Assembly: GCA_021159335.1 (NCBI GenBank)
Contig: JAGGRZ010000119.1
Span: forward strand, 1-28,682
Direction of reading: 5' to 3'
DNA length: 28,682 nt
From: a bacterium
GTDB taxonomy: Bacteria > UBP14 > UBA6098 > B30-G16
Shown: piece by piece, positions 24,884 through 28,682 of the stretch
Layout: each line of letters begins with the position of its first letter
Position numbering within the stretch: position 1 is the stretch's first letter
Notes under the pieces: generated by a model
Told to the model about the DNA's origin: nothing
What the model saw: the letters and a program-made list of their open reading frames with translations, nothing else
Database searches by the model: none
Translations under genes and position numbers: made by a program

Positions 24884-26152
24884 TTATGCTAAAATTTCGG
24901 GTGTGTAGCCTGCGTTGGTTATGGCATCCTTTATTTTCTCTACTTCGGCCGTGCCCTCAACGCGGACCATCTTGCTTTTAAGGTCAACGCTGACTTTTAC
25001 CTCGCCGAGTGCATTTATTATAGCATTTTCAATTTTTAAAACACAGTGTTTGCAACTCATATCCGGCACCTTAATTACTACAGCGCCCGTTTTTGTTTCC
25101 AGTTCGGGTTTCCGCTTTTTCAAAGTTTTCCTGACGAAAACATTCAAAATAAGCGCAAAAAGCAGTGCGGCAGCGCCGTTCCTCACCCACGATGGGAACA
25201 TTTCTCCACCAGCCAGCACCGCTTTAGTGAAGTCAAAGTCAGCGAATATCGTGTCCAGAAGCATCCCGAAGGCAAAAGCGGTTATAAGTATCACAGCAAG
25301 GTAAATAACGAGAACTTTCCCGCCAAGCTTTCCAGCGACAAACGATATAGTCGCGGTATTCGTTGCAGGTCCGGCAATAAGGAAAACCAGTGCGGCACCG
25401 GGCGCCATGCCTTTCGCTATAAGCGCCGCAGCGATAGGTATCGAACCCGTCGCGCAAACATACATTGGAATAGCTATGGCGAGAACGAGTGGATACGCTA
25501 TGAAAGGTTTCGCCAAGTATGAGGCTACCGCACCTTTGGGTAGCAGAAGCGTTATAATCCCGCCGGCAAAAAAACCTATAACGAGCCACTTGCTGGTGTC
25601 CTCGACGAGCTCAAAAAAGCCATATTTTATCATCGCCGAAAACTTTTCGAAAAATGTATGCGAATGAGGCATTGGATTGTCGCACACATTGCACTTCTCG
25701 CCTTTCGGGGTTCCCTCAGCCGAATTACGCACTCTCCTCTTCGGGACAAACAAGTTCACAAGCGTTCCGCTTAAAACGCCGCTTATGAAAGCTATCAAAG
25801 GTCTTGCTACCGCGAAGACTGGTCCAAGAAGCGAGTAAGTAGCAAAAATGGAATCGACCCCAGTGGTGGGCGTGGACACGAGAAATGATAAGGTAGCGCC
25901 ATCTGATGCACCGTTTTTCTTGAGATGAGCCGCAAGAGGGATGACCCCGCACGAGCAAACCGGAAGCGGCACCCCAAAAAGCGCCGACTTGAAAACCGCA
26001 CCGATGTTTCCTCCGGACAAGGTTTTGTAAATCCACCGCGACGGAAGCACCACATGCAGCGCCCCCGCCAAGAAATAGCCGAAAAGCAAAAGTGGCGCCA
26101 TTTGAGCTGCGAAAACCCACACCTGAGAAATTATTTTGGTTACGATTTCCAT
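24884..26152 (-). CDS. DUF318/ArsP-type permease with C-terminal heavy-metal-associated (HMA) domain
   Basis: Polytopic permease with the PLPVCSCGVIP (CxC) motif. C-terminal HMA MxCxxC: MSCKHCVLKIENA. Confidence 0.75.
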   Translation of the reverse strand: MEIVTKIISQVWVFAAQMAPLLLFGYFLAGALHVVLPSRWIYKTLSGGNIGAVFKSALFGVPLPVCSCGVIPLAAHLKKNGASDGATLSFLVSTPTTGVDSIFATYSLLGPVFAVARPLIAFISGVLSGTLVNLFVPKRRVRNSAEGTPKGEKCNVCDNPMPHSHTFFEKFSAMIKYGFFELVEDTSKWLVIGFFAGGIITLLLPKGAVASYLAKPFIAYPLVLAIAIPMYVCATGSIPIAAALIAKGMAPGAALVFLIAGPATNTATISFVAGKLGGKVLVIYLAVILITAFAFGMLLDTIFADFDFTKAVLAGGEMFPSWVRNGAAALLFALILNVFVRKTLKKRKPELETKTGAVVIKVPDMSCKHCVLKIENAIINALGEVKVSVDLKSKMVRVEGTAEVEKIKDAITNAGYTPEILA

Positions 26153-26188
26153 TTTCGCCTCGAAATAAAAGAAATATATACAATTAAA

Positions 26189-27190
26189 TTAGTCAACAAA
26201 ATATTGCGCATTAATTTTAGTATTCTCCGCAATTTTTCTCAGTATCTCTATTACCTCCTCCAATTTCGTTTCGGTAACCAGTTTTGCGCGCAGCCTTCTT
26301 GCGCCCGGAATGCCTCTCACAAGGTGAACGAAAAACTTCCTAAGAAACGCAAGCCCTTGCCTTTCGCCTCGCAATGCTATCTCGTCGTGGACGAAGTTGA
26401 TAAATGTTTCTATTCTTTCAGCAAGAGATGCACTTTCAGGTTCTCTACCTTCAAGGTAATCCCTCAACTGGCTGAAAAGCTGAAAATTGGCTATTGCTCC
26501 CCGTGCTATGGCAACGCCGCGGACCTCGTCCGTTAATCTCGCCCTCAAGTCGTCAACGGAAAATATGTCGCCATTGCCCACAATGGGTATGTCAACTTTT
26601 TTGGCTATTTTTAACAGCGCATTCCAATCGGCAGAGCCGCTGAAACCCTGCAATGCAGTCCGTGGATGAATCGTAACGAACACAACACCAAGGCGCTTGA
26701 AGGATTCGAGCAATCTAATTATGCCATCGATATCAGGATGTTCAAACCCAATGCGCATTTTTACTGAAACCGGCAATTTTGCCCCCATAGCTGCCTCGAC
26801 GATTTCGGAAGCCAGTTGTGGAGTCTCAAGAAGCGCAGCACCGGCTCCTTTCCTTATCACTTTTCGCACAGGGCAACCCATGTTGATGTCAATAAGATCA
26901 AATCCAAGCTCAGCAACCATGATGGATGCTTTTGCTATTAGTTCTGGTTTTGAGCCAAAAAGCTGAGCACCTATTGGTCTTTCCGATTCGTGAAATACAA
27001 GATAACGAAGGGAACGCTTGTAAGAGTATACTATTCCGTCGGCAGAAATCATTTCCGTAAAAACGATGTCCGCGCCGAATTTTCTGGCATAGCGGCGATA
27101 AACAGTATCGGTGTATCCAGCCATTGGCGCCGCAAAAAGCCATTTTCTATTCTCAGGCAGACCAAGCGTTGTCGGGCTATAGGTATTCAC
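26189..27190 (-). CDS. dus: tRNA-dihydrouridine synthase
   Basis: Dus TIM-barrel motifs: LFAAPMAGYTD, INMGCPVRKV (catalytic Cys), VKMRIG. Confidence 0.9.
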   Translation of the reverse strand: MNTYSPTTLGLPENRKWLFAAPMAGYTDTVYRRYARKFGADIVFTEMISADGIVYSYKRSLRYLVFHESERPIGAQLFGSKPELIAKASIMVAELGFDLIDINMGCPVRKVIRKGAGAALLETPQLASEIVEAAMGAKLPVSVKMRIGFEHPDIDGIIRLLESFKRLGVVFVTIHPRTALQGFSGSADWNALLKIAKKVDIPIVGNGDIFSVDDLRARLTDEVRGVAIARGAIANFQLFSQLRDYLEGREPESASLAERIETFINFVHDEIALRGERQGLAFLRKFFVHLVRGIPGARRLRAKLVTETKLEEVIEILRKIAENTKINAQYFVD

Positions 27191-27303
27191 ACGAAAATTT
27201 ACACATAAAACTTGCTCGTGGAAAGTCGTAACTTATGGTATGCCTAATATTTCAAAAAGTGCGCAAGAATGGGATAATGGCACGATATAGAGCTTTTCAC
27301 TTC

Positions 27304-27331
27304 TTGACTTTACATAGTGGTAGGTTATTTT
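27304..27331 (+). promoter_or_regulatory. Putative promoter for the nucleotide-sugar dehydrogenase gene
   Basis: TTGACT (27304-27309), 16-nt spacer, TATTTT (27326-27331). SD AGGAG 27350-27354. ATG 27361. Confidence 0.3.
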
Positions 27332-27360
27332 TCCTAAAAAGAAAATCACAGGAGAACGCT

Positions 27361-28682
27361 ATGGATACATTCGGTCAACTTCTGCGCAAAATCGAGGATA
27401 AAAGCGCAAAAATATGTGTAATGGGACTCGGCTATGTAGGACTTCCACTCGTTATGGAATTTTGTGAGGCTGGATTTTTTGTTTACGGCTTCGATGTCAA
27501 CGATAGGAAAGTCAAACTCTTATCATCAGGTGAGTCAGATGTGGACGATATACCGTCAGAAAGAGTTAAAAAGCAGATTGATATCGGCAGATTTGCCCCT
27601 ACTACCGACCCAAGCGTTATAGATTCCTGCGATGTGGTGTTAATATGCGTTCCCACGCCCCTTTCAGCGACCAAAGAGCCTGATATGAGTTACATTAAAT
27701 CGGCGGTCGAAACGCTCATGTCACACAGTCATAAAGGTATGCTCGTAATTCTTGAGAGCACCACATATCCCGGAACGACAAGGGAACTCATAGCTCAACC
27801 ATTCGAGAAAGCCGGGTTTGTCGTCGGTGAAGATGTTTTCGTAGCATTCTCGCCCGAACGAGTGGACCCTGGGAACAAAAAATGGCATACCGGAAACACA
27901 CCAAAGGTAGTGGGCGGTGTTACGCAGAGATGCACACAAATAGCCTCAGCACTGTATCTAACTTTCTTGCCAAAAGTTATTCCTGTATCATCATCGGAGA
28001 GTGCGGAGATGGTTAAACTTCTCGAAAACACATTTCGGTCGGTTAACATTGCGCTTGTCAACGAGATAGCTATGATATGCGAGAAACTTGGGCTTGATGT
28101 CTGGGAAATTATTCGCGCAGCTGCAACCAAACCTTTCGGCTTTATGCCCTTCTACCCTGGACCCGGCGTAGGCGGACACTGCATACCCATAGACCCTCAC
28201 TACCTTTCCTGGAAAATGCGCTCGATGAATTTTTACGCACACTTCATCGAACTCGCGGGCGAGATAAACTATGGAATGCCAGCCCGAGTGGTGGAAGGAG
28301 TGATAAAACACCTCAATAGGAAGAAAAAAGCCCTCAATGGCGCAGACATTCTCGTTCTGGGCGTAGCATACAAAAAAGACATCTCCGACCTCCGAGAATC
28401 GCCTGCCTTAAAAATAATAAGACTACTTCTCACCTATGGCGCTAACATCATTTATAATGACCCCCACATTGAAAGCATAAGCATAGAAGGCAAAACACTG
28501 AACTCAGCCGAACTTAGCGAAGAACTATTAAGAAGCGTTGACCTCGTTTTGCTCACCACCGACCACTCGAGCTATGATTACGAGTGGATAGCCAAGAATG
28601 CCGAACTTATTTACGATACGCGCAACGCCTTCGACGGCATCGGCGACTCGGAGGGCAAGATAGCGCGTTTGGGGGTAGGAGA
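27361..28682 (+). CDS. Nucleotide-sugar dehydrogenase (UDP-glucose / UDP-N-acetyl-D-mannosamine dehydrogenase family), 3'-truncated at window end
   Basis: Manual translation MDTFGQLLRKIEDKSAKICVMGLGYVGLPLVMEF... (NAD site GLGYVGLP) and catalytic GPGVGGHCIPIDP near 28159. Open to the window end, so it is absent from the stop-bounded ORF track. Confidence 0.85.
   Translation, partial: MDTFGQLLRKIEDKSAKICVMGLGYVGLPLVMEFCEAGFFVYGFDVNDRKVKLLSSGESDVDDIPSERVKKQIDIGRFAPTTDPSVIDSCDVVLICVPTPLSATKEPDMSYIKSAVETLMSHSHKGMLVILESTTYPGTTRELIAQPFEKAGFVVGEDVFVAFSPERVDPGNKKWHTGNTPKVVGGVTQRCTQIASALYLTFLPKVIPVSSSESAEMVKLLENTFRSVNIALVNEIAMICEKLGLDVWEIIRAAATKPFGFMPFYPGPGVGGHCIPIDPHYLSWKMRSMNFYAHFIELAGEINYGMPARVVEGVIKHLNRKKKALNGADILVLGVAYKKDISDLRESPALKIIRLLLTYGANIIYNDPHIESISIEGKTLNSAELSEELLRSVDLVLLTTDHSSYDYEWIAKNAELIYDTRNAFDGIGDSEGKIARLGVG

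Noticed and set aside
25046-26536. Several plus-strand ORFs (25046..25522, 25407..25667, 25925..26536)
   Set aside because: Antisense to the permease and dus genes. Arg-rich, low-complexity translations typical of GC-skewed antisense frames.
1-28682. Mobile element, prophage, CRISPR array or defence island context
   Set aside because: No transposase/integrase/recombinase ORFs, no terminal inverted or direct repeats, no CRISPR-like spacing. Flanking genes are core housekeeping and tightly coupled.

Overview
This 28.7-kb window looks like a compact bacterial chromosome segment, probably from an uncultured lineage. It is densely packed, with many genes joined by TAATG or ATGA stop-start overlaps. 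I found no rRNA, tRNA, CRISPR array, transposase, integrase or other mobile-element signal.

Minus strand, 1-10.1 kb. From low to high coordinates: hpf (ribosome hibernation factor) with a terminator, an SPFH/band-7 protein, rpe, rnpA, ssb, ddl, a DUF948 protein, a YtxH-like protein, then a putative promoter. Above that is a three-gene co-transcribed block: lpd, a 1179-aa protein, and a 190-aa unknown ORF.

Plus strand, 10.2-22.3 kb. An MscS channel, a divergent YchF-like ATPase, a membrane-anchored zinc-ribbon protein with four RPA-like OB folds, hsp20 and lon plus a coupled unknown, psd and pssA, purS and purQ, a small membrane protein, an SDR epimerase, and a NusG-domain-II plus HepT1-like pair.

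The rest is on the minus strand (hypC plus a transglutaminase-like lipoprotein, an ArsP/DUF318-type permease with an HMA domain, and dus), followed by a 3'-truncated plus-strand nucleotide-sugar dehydrogenase.

The standout is the 1179-aa protein. A GGDEF diguanylate cyclase domain that looks catalytically competent (AGDEF active site, no I-site) is fused N-terminally to an AAA_16/STAND-type P-loop NTPase. A long helical region, an E/K-rich linker and C-terminal HEAT-like repeats follow. This is an NLR-like effector-NOD-repeat layout whose effector makes a cyclic dinucleotide. It is translationally coupled upstream to an orphan lipoamide dehydrogenase. Downstream it is separated by a single in-frame TAG from a 190-aa protein of unknown fold, a candidate partner or receptor. 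I propose this as a candidate undescribed ligand-gated c-di-GMP signalling module, possibly defence-like.

All domain calls come from reading motifs in the translations. No database search was run.
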